Assembly (NCBI GenBank): GCA_002269645.1
Contig: NIVC01001657.1
Span: 1 to 64,000, forward strand
Source: Macrostomum lignano
Lineage: Eukaryota
Direction of reading: 5' to 3'
Length of the DNA stretch: 64,000 nt
This document shows, piece after piece, positions 37,162 to 50,400 of this stretch. The notes beneath the pieces are model-generated. The model saw only the letters and a list, made by a program, of their open reading frames with translations. It was not told the origin of the DNA and searched no databases. A program made the translations under genes and the position numbers. Positions within the stretch are counted from its first letter, which is position 1, and the number at the start of each line of letters is the position of its first letter.

Positions 37162-40039
37162 TATAATTTAGCTTTCCATAAATTATTTGTTATTCAAGTG
37201 TCAAGCATCCAAACGCAAATTTTGTGTTCAAATATTTGATAGTCGATCGCTTCCCTTTGTTGTTTTTGGCTGAAAAGATTGGCTTGCGATTTTATGCATG
37301 CTAGCTAAGAATAGGGGATATCGCTAGACTGGGTGAGATTGAGTGATTGATTGTGCTAGATTGAGTGAGTAATGTGCTGACTGGGTGAGACATGTGCTAG
37401 ACTGTATGATATATTATAGGCTATGATAAAATAGGGGTTACACCCCTAGTGCCATCTTTAGTTGCTGCAACATTGACGTTGTTGACAGCGCGCGCTTGGC
37501 ATCAACGTTGACATAAAAATGTTGCTGAATTGTTGCAGGAACATTGATATAGAAAAAGATTTCAAATGTGTGAATTTCTGGCAATTGAATTATTGCAACT
37601 CGTTTAGATTCGGGAGCTCCTTAAATTAAAATTGTACGGAGTTATTCATTTATGTAATTCTAATTCAGAAGAATCTGTTTCTTTAATGTATACGTAAAGA
37701 TTTGTTAAATGTAGCTGCTACAGTTTTTACTAACCAACTTGATTTAATTTCTACCGTCAGGCACATCGACACGGATTTCTAGCTGCACAAAAAATCGTTG
37801 CTATTTAGGCCTACTGTTTACCTAACTTTCTATTTGACTTTTTGTTTAGCTTTTTATTTGGTTTATTGCATGTTTGCTTAGCTTTAAAGTTGGCATAAGT
37901 CGAAGGCCTAGAATACAAAAACGTAACTAAAATTAATTAGATAAAAATCTGTTGTTGCAAAGCTCTTCCTACTACACTAGCCCTTGAATTTAAACTTAAA
38001 GAACATAAAAATATTATTGCCTAGGCCTTAGCCTGGCTACTATATTAAGTTGGGAATGCCAGTTTTTTTGTTTGCTCCTGGGATTACAACCATAGCTTTT
38101 TTTGTTTACTTGATTGTAACTTGCAAAACTACCCAAGAGATAGACAAAGATCAAGTTGAACCTGAAGTTGCAAATAATCAGGACCAGGCCCTTAGTGGTC
38201 TAGCATCTAATATTGTATTTTTGTCTGGGCCATCTGCTTCTGCACCTACTCTAAGTGAAGACACAGTTGTTGTAGGTAAATAATAATGCAATGAAACTCT
38301 GTTTCTAATATATATTTTTTATGCTTATCTAATGTATAAAGTATTTTGATTATGTTATGCTTAGCCTTATTTAGGCCAAACATTTGTTAGTATAGGCCTA
38401 ATACTTAAGGTTAGTTAGTATAATATGTTGCTAGGCCCTATAATATAAATATAATACAAACTCATGTTGTTGGTATAAATATGATTATATATATATATAT
38501 ATATATATATATACTAACTATTTTTAGTTCAAGTTTGCCTCAATTATATACCATTTGGTATAGTCTATTTATATATCTATATTAGGCCTATTGCTCTATA
38601 TCATAAAATGTTTGTCTAAACATTCCTTTATTATAAGAAGTAAGACTAAGACTGCCAAAATAAAGATTAAAGTGTAGATTGCAAATATCAATAAGTTTTT
38701 TTGCATTTTGGATGTAAAATAGACTTAGAAATGATTAAAGAGCAAATTTCAACTATAAATAAAAAGTGTTGCAAATCATAGATTTTTTGTATAAGATCTA
38801 TAGTTCAGAACACTATATGTGCCCCACAAAAAAACTGTCAACATTCTTTTAATGCCAATATATACCATTTATAATACTTTACACAAAACATCTAAATTGC
38901 TAGGAATAAGTGATGGAACATGATGGGTGATTTAGATATTTAATTTAAATGAGATGAGCTAAAAACTAAAAATAACAGTTATAGTTATATTTATATAATG
39001 TTATATATATTAAAAAAACAAAAGTAAACTTTGTGCATTTTTGTTAAAAATCATGACTTTTAACTTATAAAAAACAGAATTCAGTTTTGCATTAATTTTA
39101 TATCAAATTTTATAGTAATGTATGCATGGACAACTATTGTAACAATTATTAATAACATAACTTTTCATTCTTTGTGTGTCACAAAAATATTAAACATATA
39201 TGCCAAAAGCCTTAGAAAATCACTTTTTGTGTATGCCAATGTATGCTAAATTTCTTGAGTGTACCCTAGAAATTTCTGGGGTACAAGATGCCTTCTTCTG
39301 GACTATGGTATAAGATTGTTTCATAAGAAATGTTATATTTAATAACTAGCTAATGATAGCTAAATTAATTTAAATAAAACAAAATTTATTGAAAAGTTAT
39401 TTGTTGGATATGAAGTGCTAGTCAAAATTCAAGAGACTTGAGTATCAAGCTTAAAAGTATATAATGCTGGCTATTTGTATTCAACCTAATTTGTTAATTT
39501 TTATATATGCTCCTAAAGACCCTATATTAGTTTTATTATTTATTATATTTATTAGTTTTAGTTCTACTATATTAGACCCTAAATCAAACCTTGCCTATAA
39601 AAATGTTTGCTATGCTAAATGATGAATTTGGTGTATTTGGGATTTGTTCATAATGATAATTGTCAACTTGATTTATTTTTGCTTTTGGCAAAACTTTGAG
39701 TAAATTTTTTTATCTATAATGCTTCTGTTTGGAGAAAATAAAGCTTGCAATGTTGTTAAACAATTATTATTTTTTTAAAGCACAAGATGCAAGTTTTAGG
39801 AAATTTGTGGATTGTATATTAGATTTGTAATATAAACATATTTTTTGCTATAATTTATATTATATATATGTTGCAATAAGCATATACTTATGTTGAGTAC
39901 TCATTATCAAGGGTATGATCTTGATACTCTGACAGTTTCTTGCTAGGTCTTGCTCAAGGTATTGAAGGCATAGAAGGCTTCATTATGCTGGCGTAATTAT
40001 GAGGCTTTCATTTCATCCATTTCTCTATAATTTGTCTAG

Positions 40040-42376
40040 GTTTTTCCTCAACATCTGTTCATGGAGCCAGTAAGCGAACAGTCCAACGACATATTAAGAG
40101 AAGCTACGAGGAAGCTGCAGTTATGCTGCATTGCCCATGTCACACTGAAGATCCAAGTCAACAGCCAACTGAGCCTATGGCAGAGCTTGGAATTCATGCT
40201 GCTCCTGAGCCCACAGAAGAGTCTCAAATGGAACTTGAATACCAGGAGATGACTAGTGATGATGTTGGTAAGATTGAATGTATCTATTTTTTATAATAAC
40301 CCCTAATTGCTTTCAACACTTTTTATTGACATCTTAGTGTGCTTGATCCTCTAAACTGAATATGAACCTTACACCATCCATTATTCATTTCTGCTTTACA
40401 AATAAATTAACTTAAATTTTTTCTGTAACTTTGAAAGTTAAACAAAAATTTAGAGTAAAAATGTGATTTTATCAACAAGTATGTGCATAATCTTTTTAAT
40501 AGTTTTTGATAATACTCTAGCTATTTATTTCTTACATTTAGGAAACCTGACTTCTTCAACGATTGAATCAGCCCTTCATTCTGATGACAACCAATGTGCG
40601 AGACTCGAGGCCATGCTTCGAGACTGGGTTAAAGCAACAGGCCCAGAAGTGCCGTGCGTGAACTACTTGCTTCAGAATCTACAAGACGAGTTTCCTGGTC
40701 TAGCTGCTGACTATCGTGGACTAATGACTACACCAAGGGAGCTTACTTTTCGCTATGTCAACCCAGGGCGATATTATCATTTTGGCGTTAAAGCTGGTCT
40801 TGACTTTCTCCTGAGCAATATTGGATCACGCTCTCGTCTGGATTCCTTGAACCTCCACCTTTTTGTTGATGGTGCAAAAGTGCACAATAGCACTACCTAT
40901 ACATTGTGGCCTGTGTTGGGTAGAGTTTCGAATTTGTCTCATTCTGTTTTTATAATCGGGCTTTACTATGGAACTGGCAAACCCCTCTCTGCTTCGGACT
41001 TTCTTGCCGACTGTATTACTGAATTGCGTGATTTGATGGCTGATGGATTTGTCTCTACTGTCACTTCAGAGTCAGATCTCATATTACCTTTTAAACTTTC
41101 AATGATTACCTGCGATTCACCAGCACGCAGCTTTGTAAAAGGAACAAAAGCATGTTGGGGATACTTTGGTTGCGACAAGTGCACTGTTGAAGGGGACTTT
41201 TGTAATGGAAGAGTGACATTTTCTGACCTAAGTGCTGCACTACGAACTGACTTTGGCTTCAGAGGTGATGTATACCCAAATCATGTTCTTCTACCAAGCC
41301 CTTTTTTAAGTTTGCCCATCGACATGGTTCATGATTTTCCTCTGGATCCAATGCACTTAATATACGAGGGTATTGTTCCTAAATGTTTAAAATTCCTCGG
41401 TAAGGGACGCTTGCCCCATCGAGCATCTGGACCTAATATTCGTCAGATAAGTGCTGATCTGTGTTCTATTTCGTCTTGCATTCCGCATGATTTTGCACGA
41501 AAGCCACGGTCGATTGAGTGCGTGGGTCTTTGGAAGGCAACTGAGTTTAGATTGTTTATTTTGTACTTGGCGCCAATTGTTTTAGCTGGAAACGTCCCTG
41601 AATCTGTGTATCAATTATTTCTTTCTCTGCATTCGTTTGTTTTCCTATTGTCGCATCCTTTGGTTTGTCAAACGTACTGCTCTTATGCCGAAGATTTGGC
41701 AAAGCACATTGTTAATGAATGTGCAATTATTTGGGGTGACGAGTTTATCGTGTACACTGTGCATTCAATAATTCATATTCCTTCAGAAGTTCGTCGACGT
41801 GGTCCGTTGGATAGTTTTAGTTGCTTTTGGGGCGAAAATTTTATCCGCTTTATTACCCAGTTTGTTCGCAGTCCACGTTTTGCTCTCGAGCAGACTGTGA
41901 AGCGAATTCTGGAGAGAGATGTGACTCTCGGTTTTTTTCCTAAGCACATGTGTTCTATTCAGTCGCCTTTTGAATATTCCGGTCCAATTGCATCTTCGAA
42001 TGTAGACTTCTCATTGCAAGGAGTTCAGACATTTGGTATTTACCGTAAAGTTAGTCTTGTATTGCGTGGAACGTATATATCTGTTGCTAATCCAGACTGC
42101 TATATTTTAACTCGAGATGGATTTGCAGTTGTAGTCACTCATATAATTTCTACTGATGTCGGTTGTATTTTCGTTGGCAAGAAATTTATTCAGCAAACCG
42201 CCCTCTACGACGAAACTTTCGACTCAATGTCTCTGCACATTTCCGTTGTCAATACTTTAAGCAACTCACTCGTAACTGTACGATGGACTGATTTCTATGG
42301 TAAAGCGATGCTTGTAAGTCTCAAAAATCGTTCCTGCATTCTCCCTATTTTACATACATTGGTCGACTGTGCGTAG
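40040..42376 (+). CDS. EnSpm transposase; exons ~40040-40267 and 40543-42376, probably an upstream exon ending at 38276
   Basis: LFVDGA..LWPVLG, ITCDSPARSFVKG, GYFGCDKC, LDPMHLIYEG, WKATEFRLF, VHSIIHI..GPLDSFSCFWGEN; phase-1 junctions are compatible. Confidence 0.9.
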
Positions 42377-42875
42377 CTTCTACGCACATCAAGCATTTCT
42401 CTGCAAATGTTTGGAAGCAACTGAATGAACTCTCTGTCTGACTTCTTCTAGCTAGCTGCTTTCTCATTCAGCAAATGTTGGTTTCATTTTTAGCCACTCC
42501 CACTGAGTAAGCAGGTAATATTAGAAAATATAAATGTTTGTGGGAAGAACATACTATCATTTCACGCTGTCACTAATTTCATGCTTTCATATTAAATTCT
42601 TTCCAACAATCGCATATAGACCTAGACATGATTAGGCATAGACATGCGAAATATATGACAGTCCCTTTTTAGATGGTTTTCTTTGCTTCGCAAAATGGTT
42701 TTGCTGTTTGTTAACAGATTTTTAGTGAAGGTAGGCTTCTGAAATATATGCGTTGCGTTTTCACCCATAGTACTATAAAATAATAAAGGAAAATGTGTTC
42801 CGATCCGATAGCTTTTCTAACTTTGCTTTGTTTCCCTCCAACTTTTATTTCAGCATATTCGGGCCAAGTCTATGA

Positions 42876-45800
42876 ATGAGTCTAAACGACCTGAATGCAT
42901 TTGTTGTTGTTCGCTTCAATGAAACTGAAGAAATTGAAATCGTTCGTCGTTCCTGGCTTCAGGGCAGCGACAGCGTCTTGTGCCCTCCCCTGAAAAAGTT
43001 CAAGGCTTGCTTGACAAACCAGTCGAAGTCAGTCCCAGACGATAGTTGGTTGCCTTACAAAGTCGACATCATTGGATCGAGAGGTGAGTTTATGTGCTAA
43101 TGCAGAATTATTTTCAAATAGGTAGATTATATATGATATGCCTATGATTACATATGAAGCCAGTCTTAAGTGCAATTATTGTACTATTTTCTTGTATACA
43201 TTAGAAAAAAGTACTTCAATGTGGCTCCTATTATCTACATCGGGGGGTTGATATTTTTTCTTGTTTAATTAGATGTGGGATGACTAAGTCCCACGTGAAA
43301 GCGAATTTTCATAGCTAATAATAAAGGATGTAATTTTATATAGTGTACATGTACATGTGTCTATTCCCCTTCATGCAGATCAATTTCCCGCTGCTGTCAA
43401 CCTGCGGAAGCGGTACGAGAGTCGGGGAGAAGTTGATTCTACTGATATAGATGCTCCACGAAGAATTCAAGTTGTCGACCACTATTACAATGAGAATTTC
43501 GACATTGAGACTCGAAAAACCGGCCGAAAGAGAACGACAAAGAGCAAATCCTCTACACTGGGTAACAGCCGGAGTGCTGGACAGTCGTCAGCGCCACCAA
43601 AGTTTCAACCTGATGGCACGAGGCCACCTTTGACAATAAGCAGCAGTTCGAATTTGGCTTCCATCCAACATGAAGCCATCTTGGCAAGCGCAGTTCATGC
43701 TACTACATCGAGTCTGAGCCCGTTTTCACAGTCTTCTTGTGGCAGCTTCAGCACCAGCACCAATTTAGCTGCAGCTGCCGCGGCCTCTCCGATGGGGCAT
43801 GGAATCCAGCACCATCCTGCTTCTGCTGCAGCTGCCGCGGCCTCTCCGATGGGGCATGGAATCCAGCACCATCCTGCTTCTGCTGCATCTGCCGCGGCCT
43901 CTCCGATGGGGCATGGAATCCAGCACCATCCTGCTTCTGCTGCAGCTGCCGCGGCCTCTCCGATGGGGCATGGAATCCAGCACCATCCTGCTTCTGCTGC
44001 ATCTGCCGCGGCCTCTCCGATGGGGCATGGAATCCAGCACCATCCTGCTTCTGCTGCATCTGCCGCGGCCTCTCCGATGGGGCATGGAATCCAGCACCAT
44101 CCTGCTTCTGCTGCATCTGCCGCGGCCTCTCCGATGGGGCATGGAATCCAGCACCATCCTGCTTCTGCTGCATCTGCCGCGGCCTCTCCGATGGGGCATG
44201 GAATCCAGCACCATCCTGCTTCTGCTGCAGCTGCCGCGGCCTCTCCGATGGGGCATGGAATCCAGCACCATCCTGCTTCTGCTGCATCTGCCGCGGCCTC
44301 TCCGATGGGGCATGGAATCCAGCACCATCCTGCTTCTGCTGCATCTGCCGCGGCCTCTCCGATGGGGCATGGAATCCAGCACCATCCTGCTTCTGCTGCA
44401 GCTGCCGCGGCCTCTGCGATTGGCGTTTACGACGCGAGCCGTGCAGACATATTGGACTTTCTAGTGACAGCCGTGCGGCGGATTGAAAGTAAGCCAGCTA
44501 AAAAAATTTCTTTCGCTACTGAGGCGCTGATATAAGAAAATTTAGAAGTTCTAATCCGAGCTCTTCATTTCCAGAATTAAGTAAAGTTACGATTTAAATT
44601 AAAATGGCGTAATGCACTATTAAACATTCAGCTCCGCATGATTCTGAGTTTTGCTGCGATTTACACTTTTTAATTTGTACTTAACGTTTCGGAGGTTCAT
44701 CTGGTTTGTATAGAGAATAATCTATTTGAGTCACTAACTGACTATTATCCCTGACTGGCTGATACATCTTCTCGATAATTTTCTTCATTTTAGCAACCCA
44801 GCGCGCGATGCATGGTGCGATTTGTGGCCTGGCTACAGAGGTGAAAGACTTTCACCTGCAGTTTCTTGCTCTGCAGAACTCTTCGTCTCGTAGTACAGGT
44901 GCAAACTCCAGCAATGCCCAGCACGGCCAACAGCCAACCGACAGGCCTATACTTCAAGATCTGCCATTTACCGAAGTCGATAAACTGACTGAGTGGGCCA
45001 CACGACTAACAAGTGATCGAGGCTGCTTAAATGATGCAGTGAGTGCTAGTATTTTGTATGATTTTTATCATTGCACGATTTACAAAAGCGACTGGATGCC
45101 GCTTAACTGCCGCATGTATTTTATGAGAGAATATAACACATTACAAGACATGACTATTAATGTGTAATGTCTTGTAGTTTATTAATTCAATTTCTAGTCT
45201 ACCATTCGAATTCATTCCACACATTTCAGTTTCTGTTCTTCAAGCGGCTTACCAGCAAAACTCTAATGAAGTCCGTCGCTAATATCTTATACCACATCAT
45301 GGATGACAAGCTTGCTCATCAGTTCAGTCTCCGTGGTGCCAAGCGTTCTGGCGTTTCCAAGTATTGCTTTGAGTCAACTGGCCTGCTGCCTTTTATCAAA
45401 AGTAAGCAACATAATGGTGCTTAGGATTTTGTCTCTTCTATGATAAAATGTGTATTTAAGCTGCTTAGTTAAATATATATCAATTCTGTACGTCCATATC
45501 TAGATACTAATCTACTTTGGGTAAGCAAAACTAATGGGCAGTATTTACCTACTTTTAGACGTCGTGTGGAGTGTTCACAAAGACGCCAAAGGCGAGGCCA
45601 TTGAATCCGCGGTGGGCGAACATCTGCGCCACTCAGGCACTCGGTTCCGCCGAAAAAGGTGCTCACAGCAGTCCGCACAGCGTCCGACTGGAGAACTTCG
45701 GAACTCGGCTGCAGGCCCAAGGAGCACTCGGCAAAGCGGAGGTGACGGCGCAGACATGAACACTGACGGCGATGCAAGTGGCGAGAGCGACAGCAGTTCT

Positions 45801-45899
45801 GACGACGAGGGCGCTCACGACAGCAGCGAAGATAATGACAATGGCGGCCAACGATTTGAAGTCATCAACGTTGACGGTTGTACACTTACTCAACTTTGA
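42876..45899 (+). CDS. EnSpm accessory ORF2 (5 exons: 42876-43083, 43379-44488, 44794-45038, ~45231-45401, ~45560-45899)
   Basis: FVVVRFNETEEIEIVRRSWL N-terminus, coiled coil, C-terminal BEN/DUF4806-like segment (IMDDKLAHQFSLRG..FESTGL..EAIESAVGEHLRHS); splice phases consistent. Confidence 0.75.
43777..44415 (+). repeat. 57-bp coding tandem repeat, ~11 copies (AAASPMGHGIQHHPASAA[A/S])
   Basis: Copies differ at essentially one G/T site. Confidence 0.95.
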
Positions 45900-47454
45900 G
45901 TAAATAGGAGTTCAGACTTCACGGGATTGGTGGCTTAATAAAACTAGTTGTTCTAAGTTCTAAGAACAAAGATCAGTATAGACTCGCTCTAGGTTAGGTG
46001 AATCTCTTTGGAGGCTATAGCTGTTTTTAATCATCGCCATCAGATCTCTAGTTATCTTTGCATCTTTTCTGAACGACATGTCTGTTTTGCCAGCATGCAA
46101 ATAGCAGTTGCCATTAATAATAGTTTTGCGAATCTCTTATTTTCCTGCTAACTTTTTTATTCATTAAAAGAAACACTGCAGGTTGCAGCTTGCAGTCACA
46201 CACAAAGATACACATCATGCGCATCTAATGTAGTAAATATTTTTATTGCTTTCTTGACCTACTATAATGGTAACCGTCTGATCTGATGTGTTTACGATAA
46301 AACAAAAAAAATTAATGGTGCTCATTAGCTAATCTTCGCAGACCTTTAAATCGAAACGTTTTTTGCTATTTTACTTATTCTTTTTAGCAAATGCTAAGTC
46401 ATGGCCGTATTTTCGTATTATTTCAAGATGTAGGAGTCTCGATTTTTGAACCTGTGTGCAAGCTACAGATTTTTTACTATGTAGTCAGTGTTACTACCGG
46501 TAGAAGTTCCTTAACAACAATCCAAAATTAATGCATGGCATGCGAAAGAAAGACATAAGCAAGTGTAATAGTAGAGTCGTCGTATATTATAGAATGAAAG
46601 TGATACGAAATATATGTAGTATATAGAATAATACACATACATTAGATACTACTAATAGTAGACACGACGACTACATGTTGCACAGATGTTGATGTATGTT
46701 GATTTTGCAATGTTGATGCGTCAACCATTCTGCAACGTTGTTTTGCGCGACAAACGGTCGCTTCTAGCAACGTTTACCACTTGTTGCGCGTCAACATTTG
46801 TACAACATTCCCGCAACATAAATGGCACTAGGGGACACTATATAGAGGTTAATTTTCATGATTTAATTATCGTCCTTGAAAAGAATGCGCGCATCAATGC
46901 GGGGAAAATGCAGTCGCGAGGTTTTCATAGTTTTTAGCACAAATAGTTCTAATTGCTTTTGATTGGAGCTGCAGATCCAATGTTAATCCTTTGATATGTC
47001 TTGCCTTTTACATGTATAAAGCCCTATTGACACCCGTAGAGCCTTTCGTAGCATAATGTTGTAGTAGTTTCCCGTCCTATTGAGATTTCACCAGCGGAGC
47101 CATATGTCCTTGATTCGTTCCTACCGCACTTAGTAAATTTTCATCAAGTCAATGTCATGGGTTACGATCATGTATTTGCTGTTAAAGTTACGTGTCCGTA
47201 GATTTTTTGAGCAGCAATGCATATTAATAAGTTTTTAAAAAAAGCAAACTATTATCTTTTTTTATATGTTTTACAATAATTAAATTAAAATTTGTATTGA
47301 AAGTGCACATAATGTTGTTATAACTTTAAAAGCCGTCCAAAATGCGATTAATTAATTTCAAAATTGCAATTACGGTGAACAATTTTTCCTAACTTGTGCG
47401 AATTTTAGCCAAAGGTGGTAATTATTTATTCTACAATTTATCTTGATTTGCAAA

Positions 47455-50400
47455 ATGGCTGAATCTGATAATGTGATCACAGTTCATATTAAATCACCAA
47501 AAGAAAAACGAAGTGTTCAACTTTCTCCGGAAGGTACAATTAAAGATGTAAGTATCATACTCAGTAGTCGATCTAAATCTAACCTCCATCTAAAATTCTA
47601 AAAAAGCATGCATTTGTGGATGGTAGTGTGTGTCACTATCAGTTTTTTTCTTTATTGAACATATATATATATCATGGTTTATAAATTTTTTATGAAATTG
47701 ATTAGTCTAGTTGGTCATTGCAACAATGTGCAAAGGAAAAAATTGACCAATCTTCATTAAATATTTTTTAGGCTATTAAAATATCACATTGCTTGCATTA
47801 TTGTGCAGCCTTATATTTAATTCTATTAAGGCTAAAATTTTGTATAACATACTGTTAGTTACCCATAGTTTGGATTGTATATTTGTGTATACTAGGCATA
47901 TATGCCATACGCATAGTCCAGATCATGCTAGGTGCACGCCTGAACAAAATTTGAGTAATTACAAATGCACGCCAAAAATGTAAGTGCATGCCCATTCTCA
48001 AAAATACACCGGTTTTGCAATAATAAATGACCTTTTTTATGTTGTGACAATAAAATACCATTTTTAAATTGCATAATAAACCCTTATTACCAAATAATTT
48101 GGTTGCTTTTTTTGCTATTTCGGCGATACTATTTGCAGCAGAAAATTTATACATGCAAAGATTTGTTTAAATGCTCCTTTACAAGCTTAATAAAATCTGG
48201 AAAGCTTAAAATTTGCGCTTAAAAATGAACTATTTTATTCTTTTTTTAACTTTACAATAACTCTTACACGTGATTCTATAAAGTACATGCCAGGTGTGCA
48301 CGCATACTATTTTTTCAAGAGTGATGCACGCCAACTATGCATGCCTAATTTTGGTATGCAAGGCCAATGCATGCCCAAAATTTTGGGTATATACTACATG
48401 ATCTAGAGTGTGGTATACATGTCCAACTTGTCCAAACAGATTACAGTCATTTTGGTGACAAGATGTTTCAGTGACATTCCTTTTGGTGACAAGCAAAAGT
48501 TATTTTGGTGACAATAAAAATACAATTTTAGTTATAGCCATTCTTTTTTTAAACAGAAAATTACTTAAAAATCTTTAAGGATATTGAGCCTAAAATTTTA
48601 TAATTTTTAAATGGTTAAGTATTGCAGTATTTAATTTTGTTTAATTACAACTATAAAATTACAGTCTTTTGAATTATGGTTTCTAATTTAAATGTGCAAT
48701 CAGCATTGAGTAAATATCTTTAAGTTATCTCTGCATTTCATAAAGATTCTCTATAGGTTTATTGTTTATGGTTGAATATTCTGGGACAATTCAAAATGAT
48801 CTGCACAGGAAGAAAACAATATAATTAGTTTAATTTCTTTCCTTTAATATATAATTTTTAGACAAAAATTTTTAAATATATTACAAAACATAAATCTTAA
48901 CAAAATATTTATAACCTAATATTATAAAGTGCCTCTTATCACTAGAATTACAATACTTATAAAATCTTAGATTTTTTATTGAAAATGAAGTGTGTCTATC
49001 ACAAAATCAACTTGTCACTGAAACATCTATCATCAAAATGACTTGTCACTGAAATGATTGGTACCTCTCCAAACCTAATAGGTAAAAGGGCCACTAGCAA
49101 AGGCAAGTCACAAAATCAAAAAGGTAACTAATTTTTAGTTTTGACAACATTTAATATAAGCTAAAATGAAACCCAAGAGTTAAATCAATACCTTCTGTCT
49201 TTAATGTTAAAGCTTATAGGCATGTCTGATAAATGTTAAGCATATATATATATTGCCACACAAAGAGTTTGTATTAAGTAAAAAGATTTTAATAAGTTTT
49301 TTTAAAGTATAAATTCCAGCTTTTATTTTTTAACTCACTTGAGTTAAACTTTACTTAACTTGAAATGGAATGTTAGTGCAGAGATGTCTATAAATAAAGC
49401 TGTTCTAAAATATAATACATTTAATATATATATTCAGCCCTATTGCCTGATCCATGATCTGGGGCTCTGGGCCCAAGTTGGGATAGCTGTCTTACTGACA
49501 AATAGTAGCTAACTTAAAAAGTGTATAGCATAATACAGGATTAACTTTAAGACTTAAAATTTTACACAATAGTGTCAAAATAGTTGAGGATTGTTTGTGT
49601 CAAATTTGAAGACAATTGGTAAAAGTGGAGTGGCACTATGGAGAATTTAGTAAAAAAGTTACAAATTTTAAGCAGTTTTTTGCACTTTTAGGTATGAAAA
49701 CTTAGATTTAAGAAATTCTAAGATAGCATAAGACATTCACCATAGTGAGTTTAGGATGGGTGCAAATTTTGGTGTAATTTGGTTGAGCAGTTTCATACAT
49801 GCCCAACCTCAAAATTTCACCTATCCAGTACAACTTAGTTTTGTCCAGATTTGCGACTTACCTATGCACTACCACACTGAAGGACCAAGGGGGAGGGGGT
49901 AGCATGCCTCATGCATGCTTGTGCTTATTGAAACATGGAAGTACCTCATTTCTCTTCCCTTTCTCCTACTCTCACTCTCTTTACTAATTGATTTATCATT
50001 CACTTATTCACTTATGCAGCATTGTAGACTGCAGTACTAAACTGCATTGTAGCTTGTACCCTGTAGGCTACACTCTACATACTATACTATATATGTCTAG
50101 CAAACTAACTTGTATATGTACACTCGTGCACTCACATATATATAGGTATACATTCTTTGAGTCATTATATACTTCACTTAAAGATAGACCTGCACTTGAC
50201 TAAATGAGGGCTAAGCAATAAGTTTCCAGATGTGCCCAGACAGAAATAGTTAAAGAGAAAAAACAGTTACATCTTTTCAAAGTATTCTTTAGCAGATTCA
50301 ATGTAAATTTTCATGCACTTAACCACTTGCTAAAGCAGCTGGACCAATCTGAAGCAGGCACCTCCTCCACATGCCAGATGAAGGCCTCCACTGCAGCTTC

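Larger units (their letters stand above)
37443..46834 (+). mobile_element. Apparently complete EnSpm/CACTA (CMC) element, ~9.4 kb
   Basis: TIRs CCCCTAGTGCCAT / ATGGCACTAGGGG, 3-bp TSD ACA on both flanks, subterminal GTTGC/CAACATT repeats, two internal genes. Confidence 0.88.
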
